Made by a program: the position numbers and the translations under genes. A DNA stretch of 64,000 bases from an uncultured Eubacteriales bacterium (GTDB taxonomy: Bacteria > Bacillota > Clostridia > Christensenellales > Aristaeellaceae), in NCBI GenBank assembly GCA_902790345.1, contig CADARO010000007.1, positions 3,693-67,692 on the forward strand, given 5' to 3'. Below, in pieces: positions 42,631 to 53,364 of this stretch. Each line of letters begins with the position of its first letter. Position 1 is the first letter of the stretch. The notes beneath the pieces are model-generated. The model was given only the letters and a program-made list of their open reading frames with translations. It did not search any database and was not told where the DNA came from.

Positions 42631-43020
42631 CTAATTCTCCTCCGGCAGCGCCGCGTTCATCAGCTCCTCCATCCGTGAGCGCTGCCCGGTGAGATACAGC
42701 CAGCCCACCAGCGCCTCCAGGGCGGTGGCGCGGTGATACTCGCCGGGATCGGCGTTCTTCGTGGGGGACTGGCGGGCGTTGCGGGCCCGGCGCACCACGG
42801 CGGCCTCCTCCTCGGTGAGCATGGCCTCGATCCGCTCCAGCGCTTCGCTCTGGGCCTTGGCGCACACCTGCTTCACCGCGGCGCGGTGCAGCTCCTTCAT
42901 GCGCCCGCCCTTTTTCACCAGGCGGGAGCGCACCATCAGATCCCACAGCGTGTCGCCCAAATAGGCCAGCTCCAGCGAGCCGGGCAGCTGCCCCTGGGGG
43001 AAGGCGCTCCTGTCCATCAC
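42631..43020 (-). CDS. mrnC: Mini-ribonuclease III
   Basis: LELAYLGDTLWDLMVRSRLV...QSEALERIEAMLTEEEAAVVRRARN...YHRATALEALVGWLYL. A GTG start at 43020 or the ATG at 43017; either overlaps the stop of the upstream kinase gene. Confidence 0.85.
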   Translation of the reverse strand: MMDRSAFPQGQLPGSLELAYLGDTLWDLMVRSRLVKKGGRMKELHRAAVKQVCAKAQSEALERIEAMLTEEEAAVVRRARNARQSPTKNADPGEYHRATALEALVGWLYLTGQRSRMEELMNAALPEEN

Positions 43021-44501
43021 TTGTTGATGAGCGCCAGCAGACGCTCATAGGCGGCATCCCACGCGGCGGCGTCGCCCTCCGGCAGGTACTCCACGTTCTC
43101 AAAGGACGCGGCCACCACCTGGCGCATCTCGGCGATGGAGCCGATGCGGCCCAGCGCCACGGCCTGCACCAGCAGGTTGCCGATGACTGTGCCCTCGCTG
43201 GGGCCGGCCACCACCGGCCGGTTGATGGCGCAGGCGGTCATGCGGTTCAGCATCAGGTTCTTGCTGCCGCCGCCCACGATGTGCAGCACGTCGATTTTCC
43301 GGTGCAGCAGGTCCTGCTCCAGCCGCTCGATGGCCCAGCGGTATTTCAGCGCCAGCGACTCGTAGATCACGCGGGAGATCTCGCCCCGGCCCTCGGGCAC
43401 TGGCTGATTCGTCTCGCGGCAGTACTGCTGGATGCGGGCGGGCATGTCGCCGGGGGCCAGGAAGCGGGTGTCGTCCACGTCGATGACGGCCTTGAAGGCG
43501 GGGGCCTTCTCGGCCAGCTCCACCAGGCCGGCGAAGTCCACCGCGTCGGCGCGGCGGTCCCACTCCCGCTTGCATTCCTGGATCATCCACAGGCCCATGA
43601 TGTTCTTCAGCAGCCGAGTGGTGCCGTTGATGCCGCCCTCGTTGGTGTAGTTGGCCTTCATGACCTCCACGCTGGACAGGGGCTCCATGATCTCCGCGCC
43701 CAGCAGCGACCAGGTGCCGGAGCTGATGTAGGCGAAGCTGGAACCCTCCCGGGCGGGCACGGCGGCCACGGCGGAGGCGGTGTCATGGCTGCCCACGGCG
43801 ATCACGGGCACCTGGGCCATGCCCACCTCGTCCGCGATCTCCTTCAGCAGCAGGCCGCGCACGGTGCCAGCGGGCTGGATCTTGGTGAGCATCTTCGTGG
43901 GCAGGCCGAACTTCTCGATGAGGCCCCAGGCCCAGTCGCGGGTGTGGGGGTCGATGAGCTGGCTGGTGGAGGCGATGGTGTACTCCGTGGCCTTCTCGCC
44001 GGTGAGGAAATAGGCCAGCAGGTCCGGCATGAACAGCATGGTGTCCGCCAGGTCGAGGGTGGGATCGTTCTGCTTCTTCATGGCCAGCAGCTGATAGAGC
44101 GTGTTGAACTGCATGAACGCCAGGCCCGTGGCCTCGAAGATGTCCTCCTTCGGAACCGTCTTGAAGGCCTCTTCCATCATGCCGTCGGTGCGGGCGTCGC
44201 GGTAGTTCACCGGGATGCCCAGAAGCTGGCCGTTTTTGTCCAGCAGGCCGTAGTCCACGCCCCAGGTGTCGATGCCGATGCCGTCCAGTTTGATGCCCGC
44301 CTTCACGGCCTTCAGGAGCGCCGCCTTCATCTCAAAGAACAGGCGCTGCACGTCCCACACGAAGCGGCCGTTCAGCATGACCGGATCGTTGGAAAAGCGG
44401 TGCAGCTCCTCCAGCTTCAGCGTCTCGCCGTCGTAGGTGCCCAGCATGGCGCGGCCGCTGGACGCGCCGAAATCAAAGCCCAGCAGATGCAGTGTGTCCA
44501 T
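43017..44501 (-). CDS. rhaB: Rhamnulokinase-like FGGY carbohydrate kinase
   Basis: FDFGASSGRAMLG, LHRFSNDPV, GIGIDTWGVDYGLLDKNGQLLGIPVNYRDARTDG, HIVGGGSKN. GAGGAGG RBS. Confidence 0.8.
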   Translation of the reverse strand: MDTLHLLGFDFGASSGRAMLGTYDGETLKLEELHRFSNDPVMLNGRFVWDVQRLFFEMKAALLKAVKAGIKLDGIGIDTWGVDYGLLDKNGQLLGIPVNYRDARTDGMMEEAFKTVPKEDIFEATGLAFMQFNTLYQLLAMKKQNDPTLDLADTMLFMPDLLAYFLTGEKATEYTIASTSQLIDPHTRDWAWGLIEKFGLPTKMLTKIQPAGTVRGLLLKEIADEVGMAQVPVIAVGSHDTASAVAAVPAREGSSFAYISSGTWSLLGAEIMEPLSSVEVMKANYTNEGGINGTTRLLKNIMGLWMIQECKREWDRRADAVDFAGLVELAEKAPAFKAVIDVDDTRFLAPGDMPARIQQYCRETNQPVPEGRGEISRVIYESLALKYRWAIERLEQDLLHRKIDVLHIVGGGSKNLMLNRMTACAINRPVVAGPSEGTVIGNLLVQAVALGRIGSIAEMRQVVAASFENVEYLPEGDAAAWDAAYERLLALINK

Positions 44502-44607
44502 ATCGCAATCCTCCTCGTTTCCTGGCCGGATATTTTCCCATACAACTACAGCCTATATTATATCAGAACTTGACCCACCCTGCAAGCCCATTTGCGCGCG
44601 GCCGGCC

Positions 44608-45070
44608 TGTGGATAACCTGCCGCCGCCTGTGCAAAATCCGGCCGCTTCCGAACGCCTGTACTGTGGATGTTGTGGATAAATAACAGGGTTATCCACAAC
44701 CTTTTTCACAAAAAAATCGTCGTTTTCCGCCGAACACATTTTCGACGAAACACAGACATAATATTGATTTAAGAATGAAATAATATTGAAACATTTCTGA
44801 AATATATATCCCTCGGCGCATGAAAACCCGCAAATTTATGCCCCGGATTGGGGAAAAAAGCGCGAAGTTATCCACATTTTCCACCGATTTCTGTGGAAAA
44901 CCTGGGCACAAGACTGTGCACATCCCGTGCATATTCTGTCACAAATGGCCGTTTATGCAACAAATCGCGGCCCAAATCCAACGAAAAAGGGGCCGGTCAG
45001 GGCGCCTTCACACCCCGCCGACCCCACAATAATCCCTTTCCACGCCTCCATGTGGATAACCTGTGGAAAC
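44608..45070. promoter_or_regulatory. DnaA-box cluster with an adjacent AT-rich tract
   Basis: Perfect TTATCCACA / TGTGGATAA 9-mers at 44608-16, 44672-80, 44690-98, 44868-76 and 45051-59. Near-matches occur at 44664-72, 44892-900 and 45062-70. An AT-rich stretch lies at about 44740-44815. Confidence 0.7.
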
Positions 45071-45133
45071 CTGTGCAAAACCTGTGCGCAGGACTGCCCT
45101 TCCCGCTTTGCTGACGCGGTCCCTTCGGGCAAA

Positions 45134-46228
45134 CTAAAATTCCCCATTCCCCATTCCCCATTCCCCATTGGCGATCAGCCCCAGCGAGGGGATCGCGTTC
45201 AGGGACAGGGGCGCGATTTCCCCCTTCATGAGGCGGTAGAACGCCGCGCTGCCGATCATGGCGGCGTTGTCGGTGCACAGGATGGCCGGGGGCATGAAGG
45301 TCTCAAGCCCCGCCCTCTTGCCCAGCCGCTGGATCTCCCGCCGCAGCAGCCGGTTGCTGGCCACGCCGCCCGCCAGCGCCAACCGGGTGAGCCCGCTGTC
45401 ACGGCAGGCGCGGATGGTCTTCTCCGTCAGGGCGTCCACCACCGCCCGGCGGAAGGAGGCTGCCCAGTCCGCCGCGTTGATAGCCTCTCCCGCCTGACGC
45501 AGGTGATGCGCCTGATTGATGACGGCGGTCTTCAGCCCGCTGAAGGAGAAATCGTAGGGCCCGGGGGTGTGGATCTTCGGGAAGGCGTAGGCGTGGTCGT
45601 CGCCCTCCTCGGCCAGCTTGTCCAGCAGCGGGCCGCCGGGGTAGGGGATGTCCAGCACCCGGGCCACCTTGTCGAAGGCCTCGCCGGCGGCGTCGTCGGT
45701 GGTGCCGCCCAGGATGGTGTATTCGCCGTAGTCGTCCACCCGCACAATATGGCTGTGCCCGCCGGAGGCCACCAGGCACACGAAGGGCGGTTCCAAATCC
45801 GGATGGGCGATGTAGTTGGCGCTCACATGGCCCTCGATGTGGTTCACCGGCACCAGCGGCAGGCCGCTGGCGTAGGCGAAGGCCTTGGCCCAGGCCACGC
45901 CGGTGAGCAGCGCGCCCACCAGCCCCGGCCCGTAGGTCACGGCCACGGCGTCGATGTCCGCCATGGTCATGCTGGCCTGTTGAAGCGTCTGATCCAGCAG
46001 CGGGTCCAGGGCCTGCACGTGCATGCGGGAGGCGATTTCCGGCACCACGCCGCCGTACAGGGCGTGCATGTCGATCTGGGAGGCGATGACGCTGGATACC
46101 AGCCGCCGCCCGTCTTCCACCACGGCCATGGCCGTCTCGTCGCAGCTGGATTCCACCGCCAGCACGCGGGCGTGCCTTTTCTCCATGAGCAAACCGGCCT
46201 TCTCCCGGGCCAGGGATTCGTAAGTCAT
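45134..46228 (-). CDS. tsaD: tRNA N6-adenosine threonylcarbamoyltransferase TsaD
   Basis: VLAVESSCDETAMAVV, YGPGLVGALLTG, VNHIEGH, GGTTDDAAGEAFDKVAR, LAGGVASN. The ATG overlaps the upstream stop (ATGA). The last 10 codons are encoded by a 7-nt tandem repeat. Confidence 0.92.
   Translation of the reverse strand: MTYESLAREKAGLLMEKRHARVLAVESSCDETAMAVVEDGRRLVSSVIASQIDMHALYGGVVPEIASRMHVQALDPLLDQTLQQASMTMADIDAVAVTYGPGLVGALLTGVAWAKAFAYASGLPLVPVNHIEGHVSANYIAHPDLEPPFVCLVASGGHSHIVRVDDYGEYTILGGTTDDAAGEAFDKVARVLDIPYPGGPLLDKLAEEGDDHAYAFPKIHTPGPYDFSFSGLKTAVINQAHHLRQAGEAINAADWAASFRRAVVDALTEKTIRACRDSGLTRLALAGGVASNRLLRREIQRLGKRAGLETFMPPAILCTDNAAMIGSAAFYRLMKGEIAPLSLNAIPSLGLIANGEWGMGNGEF
45142..45169. repeat. 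Perfect heptanucleotide tandem repeat: (CCCCATT)x4 on +, (AATGGGG)x4 on the coding strand
   Basis: Read directly. The repeat lies inside the 3' end of tsaD (translated ...NGEWGMGNGEF*). The coding-strand sequence has four GGGG runs separated by 3-nt loops. Confidence 0.9.
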
Positions 46229-46920
46229 TTGTCTCTCTTCCTTCCGGGCATATTCAGGATCAGCGCCCCGATGAGGAACGCCGCCGCGCCGCCGATCACC
46301 GCCGCCGCGCCGCCCTGGGCGGCCATGCCCTCGAAGAAGGGCTGGGGCAGCATGCGGATCATGGCGTCGGTGGCCGGGTCCAGCAGCCACAGGTCGTTGG
46401 TGAACACAAGATGGTGAAAGCGGATGAACAGGCGGGTGAAGTCCGCCCGCCACAGCAGCGCCGCCAGCACGATGGCCGCCGCCGTGATGAGGCACAGCGC
46501 CAGCATCACGCCCCATCGCCGGGCCCGCCGCCGCCCGACGAGCAGCCCCGCACCCATGAGCGCCGCGCCCGCCGCCAGCAGCGCGGCCCGGGCGACAAGC
46601 CCCATGCGAAACAGACGCCGCACGTCCTCCATGTGGCGCTTTTCCCGGTCGTTGAAGGGGCTGTCCACCGCCTCGCCCTTCAGGGTCACGGGCCGGTCCA
46701 GGGTGTCGATCCGGCCCGCCAGATAGGCGGCCAGGTCGCCGTTGACGAGAACCTGCTCCTCCCGGGAGATGCCCACCTCCGGGTAGACGTACAGCTGGTC
46801 CATCAGGGCGGTGTAGCGGTTCGGGTCCAGAAACACAACGCCCAGCCCGCTGAGCAGCCCGCCCAGGGTGAAGGCGATGAGCCCCAGCGCGCACAACAGC
46901 GCGATCGCGGCGTTTTTCAT
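46225..46920 (-). CDS. TIGR01906/DUF1461-family integral membrane protein
   Basis: FHHLVFTNDLWLLDPATDAMIRMLPQPFF plus N- and C-terminal TM helices. Confidence 0.75.
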   Translation of the reverse strand: MKNAAIALLCALGLIAFTLGGLLSGLGVVFLDPNRYTALMDQLYVYPEVGISREEQVLVNGDLAAYLAGRIDTLDRPVTLKGEAVDSPFNDREKRHMEDVRRLFRMGLVARAALLAAGAALMGAGLLVGRRRARRWGVMLALCLITAAAIVLAALLWRADFTRLFIRFHHLVFTNDLWLLDPATDAMIRMLPQPFFEGMAAQGGAAAVIGGAAAFLIGALILNMPGRKRDK

Positions 46921-47459
46921 GTTTCGTCAATCAGGAAGGCCCGCACGGGCGCGCCCTCCGCGCCTTTCAGCTTCATGGGGAAACACATCAGCCGGTAGGT
47001 TCCCTCCGGAACGCGGCTGAGGTCGGCGTTTTCCAGGATGCAGACGCCCCGGCTCAGCAGCGCCCGGTGGGTGGGCGCTTCCACCGGCGAGGGGGCGATG
47101 GACAGCCGGTCCGTGCCGATGAGCACGACCCCCGCGTCCGCCGCGGCCACGGCCCCGGCTTCACTGAGGCCGCTGCCGCCCTTCAGCAGCACCCGCTTCG
47201 CGCCTCTGGCCCGCGCCAGCCAGTCCTCGCTCCAGGTGAGCGCCACGGCCTCGCCGCAGAGCTGGGAGATGGGGTAGTCCTCCGTGTCGCCCGCCAGCAG
47301 GAAGTGGGAGGGGGCGTCGATGTGGGTGCCGCAGTGCACGCACATGGAAAAGGAGGACACCTTGTAGATGTCGTATTCGTCCGTGTGCATGTCAAAAGCC
47401 GGGTCGCCCGGATAGACGGTCATGCCCGGCTCGAGGGGTTTGGTGATGTCGATCCACAT
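46917..47459 (-). CDS. Cyclase-family protein (kynurenine formamidase-like fold)
   Basis: MCVHCGTHIDAPSHF matches the HxGTHxDxPxH metal motif. A 4-nt overlap links it to the downstream gene. Confidence 0.8.
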   Translation of the reverse strand: MWIDITKPLEPGMTVYPGDPAFDMHTDEYDIYKVSSFSMCVHCGTHIDAPSHFLLAGDTEDYPISQLCGEAVALTWSEDWLARARGAKRVLLKGGSGLSEAGAVAAADAGVVLIGTDRLSIAPSPVEAPTHRALLSRGVCILENADLSRVPEGTYRLMCFPMKLKGAEGAPVRAFLIDET

Positions 47460-47477
47460 GATGGGCCACCCTTTCGG

Positions 47478-48056
47478 CTATTCCGTCTGGATAACGCGCA
47501 CGTCATTCCTCAATCTGAACAGTGTCACCGCCGTGGCGATGGCCGAAACCAACGCGGCCACGCCGAAAACCAGCGTGAGCGTCGCCGACGCCTCGCCCGT
47601 GGCGATGAAGATCAGCGCCATCGCGAGGAACGCCAGCTCCACGATCAGGTTGAACCAGCGCAGGAAATGCAGTGTGTCCGCGCGCGGGGAATTGAAATCG
47701 CGCGCGATATCCACCAGCGAGGCGAAAAACATGAAGAAATAGAATGTCGATAAGATCGTGACGGTCGTCGGCAGGAGGGCAGCCAGCATGTCGGTCTCGT
47801 AGGAGAAGAACTGCGTGACGGCCAGAAGCCACTGAGCCGCGGTCAGGATGATCAGGAAAAACGAAATCCATTTCAGGTATTTGCGGCCGGCGGTGTAGCT
47901 GCCCAGCCTGTCGAAGGCCAGGAAGAACAATATCCAACCGACGAATTCCGGCATGATGTTGATGCGCGCGTCGTTGAAGTTCAGGTTGATGTTCACCAGC
48001 ACGAACAAAAACCCGAACGCCGCGAAGGAAAGGCCCTTCTTAATCTGTTCCGTCAT
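47478..48056 (-). CDS. Multi-pass membrane protein (hypothetical)
   Basis: MTEQIKKGLSFAAFGFLFVLVNINLNF... with about 6 hydrophobic helices. A GGAG RBS is present. The track's N-terminal extension is not credible. Confidence 0.6.
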   Translation of the reverse strand: MTEQIKKGLSFAAFGFLFVLVNINLNFNDARINIMPEFVGWILFFLAFDRLGSYTAGRKYLKWISFFLIILTAAQWLLAVTQFFSYETDMLAALLPTTVTILSTFYFFMFFASLVDIARDFNSPRADTLHFLRWFNLIVELAFLAMALIFIATGEASATLTLVFGVAALVSAIATAVTLFRLRNDVRVIQTE

Positions 48057-48085
48057 TGTTATTTCTCCGTCCTGTAGTTTTGCTT

Positions 48086-48652
48086 TCAGTCCTTCATCGC
48101 CAGCCACTGCTCCCGGGTGATGAGGTTGATCTCGTCGTCCTCCACGGTGCCGAAGCGGGTTTCGTAGGTGGAGTAGGCGTAGTGGGTGAAGCCGCACTTC
48201 TCCTGCACCCGGGCGGACTGGGTGTTCTTGAGAAAATGGCCGCAGAAGATCACGTCCAGCCCCGCGTCCTCGAAGCAGTAGCGGATGACCTCCTTCACCG
48301 CCTCGGGCATGAGGCCCTGGCCCCAATAGGGCTTGGCCAGCACGTAGCCGATCTCCCGGCACTTCTTCTCCTCGAAGCCGGGCAGCTTGGCCTCCCGGTA
48401 TTTTTCGATGCCCAGGGAGCCGATCACCTTGCCGTCCTTCTCCAGGGCAAAGGTCTTCTTCCCCTCGATAAAATGGCCCAGGATCTCGCGGGACTCGTCG
48501 ATGCTCCTGTGGGGCGTCCAGCCGGCCATCTGGCCCACGCCGTCCACGGAGGCGTACTCGAAGAAGTCGTTTAGATCGCTCTCCCGCCAGGGGCGGAGGA
48601 CCAGGCGCGGCGTTTTTAGAATGACATTGCTGATGTCGATGTCCGCATTCAT
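48086..48652 (-). CDS. GNAT family N-acetyltransferase (RimJ/RimL-like)
   Basis: ILKTPRLVLRPWRESDLNDFFEY...IGYVLAKPYWGQGLMPEAVKEVIRYCFE...NTQSARVQEKCGF. Confidence 0.85.
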   Translation of the reverse strand: MNADIDISNVILKTPRLVLRPWRESDLNDFFEYASVDGVGQMAGWTPHRSIDESREILGHFIEGKKTFALEKDGKVIGSLGIEKYREAKLPGFEEKKCREIGYVLAKPYWGQGLMPEAVKEVIRYCFEDAGLDVIFCGHFLKNTQSARVQEKCGFTHYAYSTYETRFGTVEDDEINLITREQWLAMKD

Positions 48653-48654
48653 GA

Positions 48655-49773
48655 TTATTGCTCCTTGTCGCCGTTGTTCAGCCAGGCCAGGTAGGACATG
48701 ACGAAGCCCTCCAGGTCGCCGTCCATCACCGCGCCGATGTCGCCCACCTCGAAGCCGGTGCGCAGGTCTTTCACCAGGGTGTAGGGCTGGAAGACGTAGG
48801 AGCGGATCTGGCTGCCCCATTCGATCTTCTTCTGCTCGCCCTTCACGTCGCTCATCTGCTCCTGGCGCTCCTTCTCGTGGAGCTCCGCCAGCTTGGCGCG
48901 GAGCATCATCATGCAGGTTTCCCGGTTCTGGATCTGGCTGCGCTCGTTCTGACACTGCACCACGATGCCGGTGGGCAGGTGGGTCATGCGCACGGCGGAG
49001 TCGGTTCGGTTGACGTGCTGGCCGCCCTTGCCGGAGGCGCGGTAGGTGTCGATTCGCAGGTCCTCCGTGCGGATCTCCATGGCGCCGGTGTCCTCGATGA
49101 TGGGGGCCACGTCCAGGGAGGCGAAGGAGGTATGGCGGCGGGCGTTGGCGTCAAAGGGGGAGATGCGCACCAGCCGGTGCACGCCCCGCTCGGATTTCAG
49201 GAAGCCGTAGGCGTAGTCGCCGCTCACCTCGAAGGTGACGGACTTGATGCCCGCCTCGTCGCCGTCCAGCAGGTCCAGCTCCTTCACGGTGAAGCCCATG
49301 CGCTCGGCGAAGCGGGTGTACATGCGGTAGAGCATCTGGGTCCAGTCCTGGGCCTCGGTGCCGCCCGCGCCGGCGTGCAGCGCCAGGATGCAGTCGTTCT
49401 GGTCGAATTCGTCCTTCAGCAGCGTGGTCAGCTTCATCTGCTCCAGGTCGGCCTTGATGGCGGCAAATTCCTGCCTGATCTCGGCGGCCATGTCGCTGTC
49501 GTCGGCCTCGTCGGCCAGCTCCATCATGGCTTCGATGTCGTCCGCCCGGTCCCCCAGGGATTTGTAGTGGTTCAGCCGCTCCTCCACGCCATGGGCGCGC
49601 TGATTGATCTTCTGGGCCCGCTCCATGTCGTCCCAGAAGCCGGTGGAGGCCATGTCCTCCTGATATTCCATCAGCTGCTCCTTCAGCCGCTCGATGTCCA
49701 GCGACTGACCCAGCTCTTCGATGGAAGCGCGGACCTCGGTCAGGTCCTGCTTGAACTGTTCCATTTCCAGCAT
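48655..49773 (-). CDS. prfB: Peptide chain release factor 2 (single uninterrupted ORF)
   Basis: SPF tripeptide (RISPFDANARRHTSFA). GGQ motif (RASGKGGQHVNRTDSAVR). The N-terminal coiled region is read in one frame. Confidence 0.92.
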   Translation of the reverse strand: MLEMEQFKQDLTEVRASIEELGQSLDIERLKEQLMEYQEDMASTGFWDDMERAQKINQRAHGVEERLNHYKSLGDRADDIEAMMELADEADDSDMAAEIRQEFAAIKADLEQMKLTTLLKDEFDQNDCILALHAGAGGTEAQDWTQMLYRMYTRFAERMGFTVKELDLLDGDEAGIKSVTFEVSGDYAYGFLKSERGVHRLVRISPFDANARRHTSFASLDVAPIIEDTGAMEIRTEDLRIDTYRASGKGGQHVNRTDSAVRMTHLPTGIVVQCQNERSQIQNRETCMMMLRAKLAELHEKERQEQMSDVKGEQKKIEWGSQIRSYVFQPYTLVKDLRTGFEVGDIGAVMDGDLEGFVMSYLAWLNNGDKEQ

Positions 49774-49826
49774 TGAAAAAACACACCTTTCTGTTGTGGA
49801 AACCCGCACCATCGGCCGGGCATAAA

Positions 49827-50519
49827 TCATTTATCCCACTGGCTGAGGGCCGTGCAGAGGGCCAGCCGCCCGTCGTCCACGGCGTCGCGCCCATAGGCGT
49901 CCAGCAGTCGGTCGTTGTATCGCGTCGTCTTGAGATTGTAGCCCAGGGACCACAGCGCCCAGCACAGGTCGAAGTGCCGATCCCCCAGGCCGGCGTCCCC
50001 CAGGTCGATGAACCCGGAAAACCGCCTCTCGCAAAAGAAGATATTGGGCAGGCAGCAGTCCCCCTGGGTGAGGGCGTCCCTTTGCAGGAGCGACAGGTCG
50101 CCCTCAAAGGGCGCGCCGGTCTCCCGGGCGAAGGCGTCCGCCGCCCGCTGGTTGCAGTCGGTCAGGGGGCAGTCGGCGGCGTCGGTCTCGTGCAGCGCCC
50201 GCACGGCCTCGCCCAGGGCGGCGGAGATCCACAGGGGATCCTCCAGCCATTCGCAGGCGTTTTTGCCCGGCAGCGCCTCCACCAGCAGGTAGTCCCGCGT
50301 TTCGTCCTGCTCGAAGGCGGTGAGCGGCGCGCTCAACCCCTTGCGGGCGAAATAGGCCTGGGCCACCGCGGCCCTATGGAGGCTTTCCCGGGGCCCGATC
50401 TTGAGAAACCGGCCCTCCGCGTCGAACACCATCGCCTCCGAGCGGCCCAGGCTGTCCGCCGTCAGGCGGGCAGGGTCGACGAACCGGCGGATGGCGGGAG
50501 GAAGAATCAGCTCGCTCAT
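49827..50519 (-). CDS. Aminoglycoside 3'-phosphotransferase-like kinase (APH family)
   Basis: TQGDCCLPNIFFCERRFSGFIDLGDAGLGDRHFDL aligns by eye to the APH(3')-II catalytic and activation segment (HGDACLPNIMV...GFIDCGRLGVADRYQD). The His of HGD is Gln here. Confidence 0.75.
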   Translation of the reverse strand: MSELILPPAIRRFVDPARLTADSLGRSEAMVFDAEGRFLKIGPRESLHRAAVAQAYFARKGLSAPLTAFEQDETRDYLLVEALPGKNACEWLEDPLWISAALGEAVRALHETDAADCPLTDCNQRAADAFARETGAPFEGDLSLLQRDALTQGDCCLPNIFFCERRFSGFIDLGDAGLGDRHFDLCWALWSLGYNLKTTRYNDRLLDAYGRDAVDDGRLALCTALSQWDK

Positions 50520-50529
50520 GGTTCCGCGC

Positions 50530-53216
<2,687 letters not shown>

Positions 53217-53364
53217 GAATGAAAAACCTCCGAGGTACATTTTCCCATACTGAGTTATTTTAACATAGCGAAGGCGGGTATGCAAGCGGAATCGTGTTAT
53301 ATTGATAAGGGACAAGCCCCGCCAACAGTATATATGGCTATGTGCCGGATAAGGAGAATAGATC

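Noticed and set aside
44560-45130. Interpreting the DnaA-box cluster as the chromosomal origin (oriC).
   Set aside because: No dnaA, dnaN or rpmH is nearby. The genes on both sides (39.4-44.5 kb and 45.1-53.2 kb) are all on the minus strand, whereas an origin would show divergent orientation. An accessory DnaA-box cluster is the more economical reading. oriC cannot be formally excluded without GC-skew or marker-frequency data.
45142-45169. Treating the heptamer array (or the other repeats) as a CRISPR array.
   Set aside because: The units are 7 nt long and directly abutting, with no spacers, and no cas genes are present. No CRISPR-like repeat-spacer structure was seen anywhere in the window.
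44690-46417. ORFs in the track that overlap the DnaA-box region: 44690..44932 (-), 44820..45032 (+), 44848..45114 (+), 44927..46417 (+), 44953..45168 (-), 44997..45278 (-).
   Set aside because: They have no RBS, no family motifs and atypical composition, and they overlap regulatory repeats or the antisense strand of tsaD.
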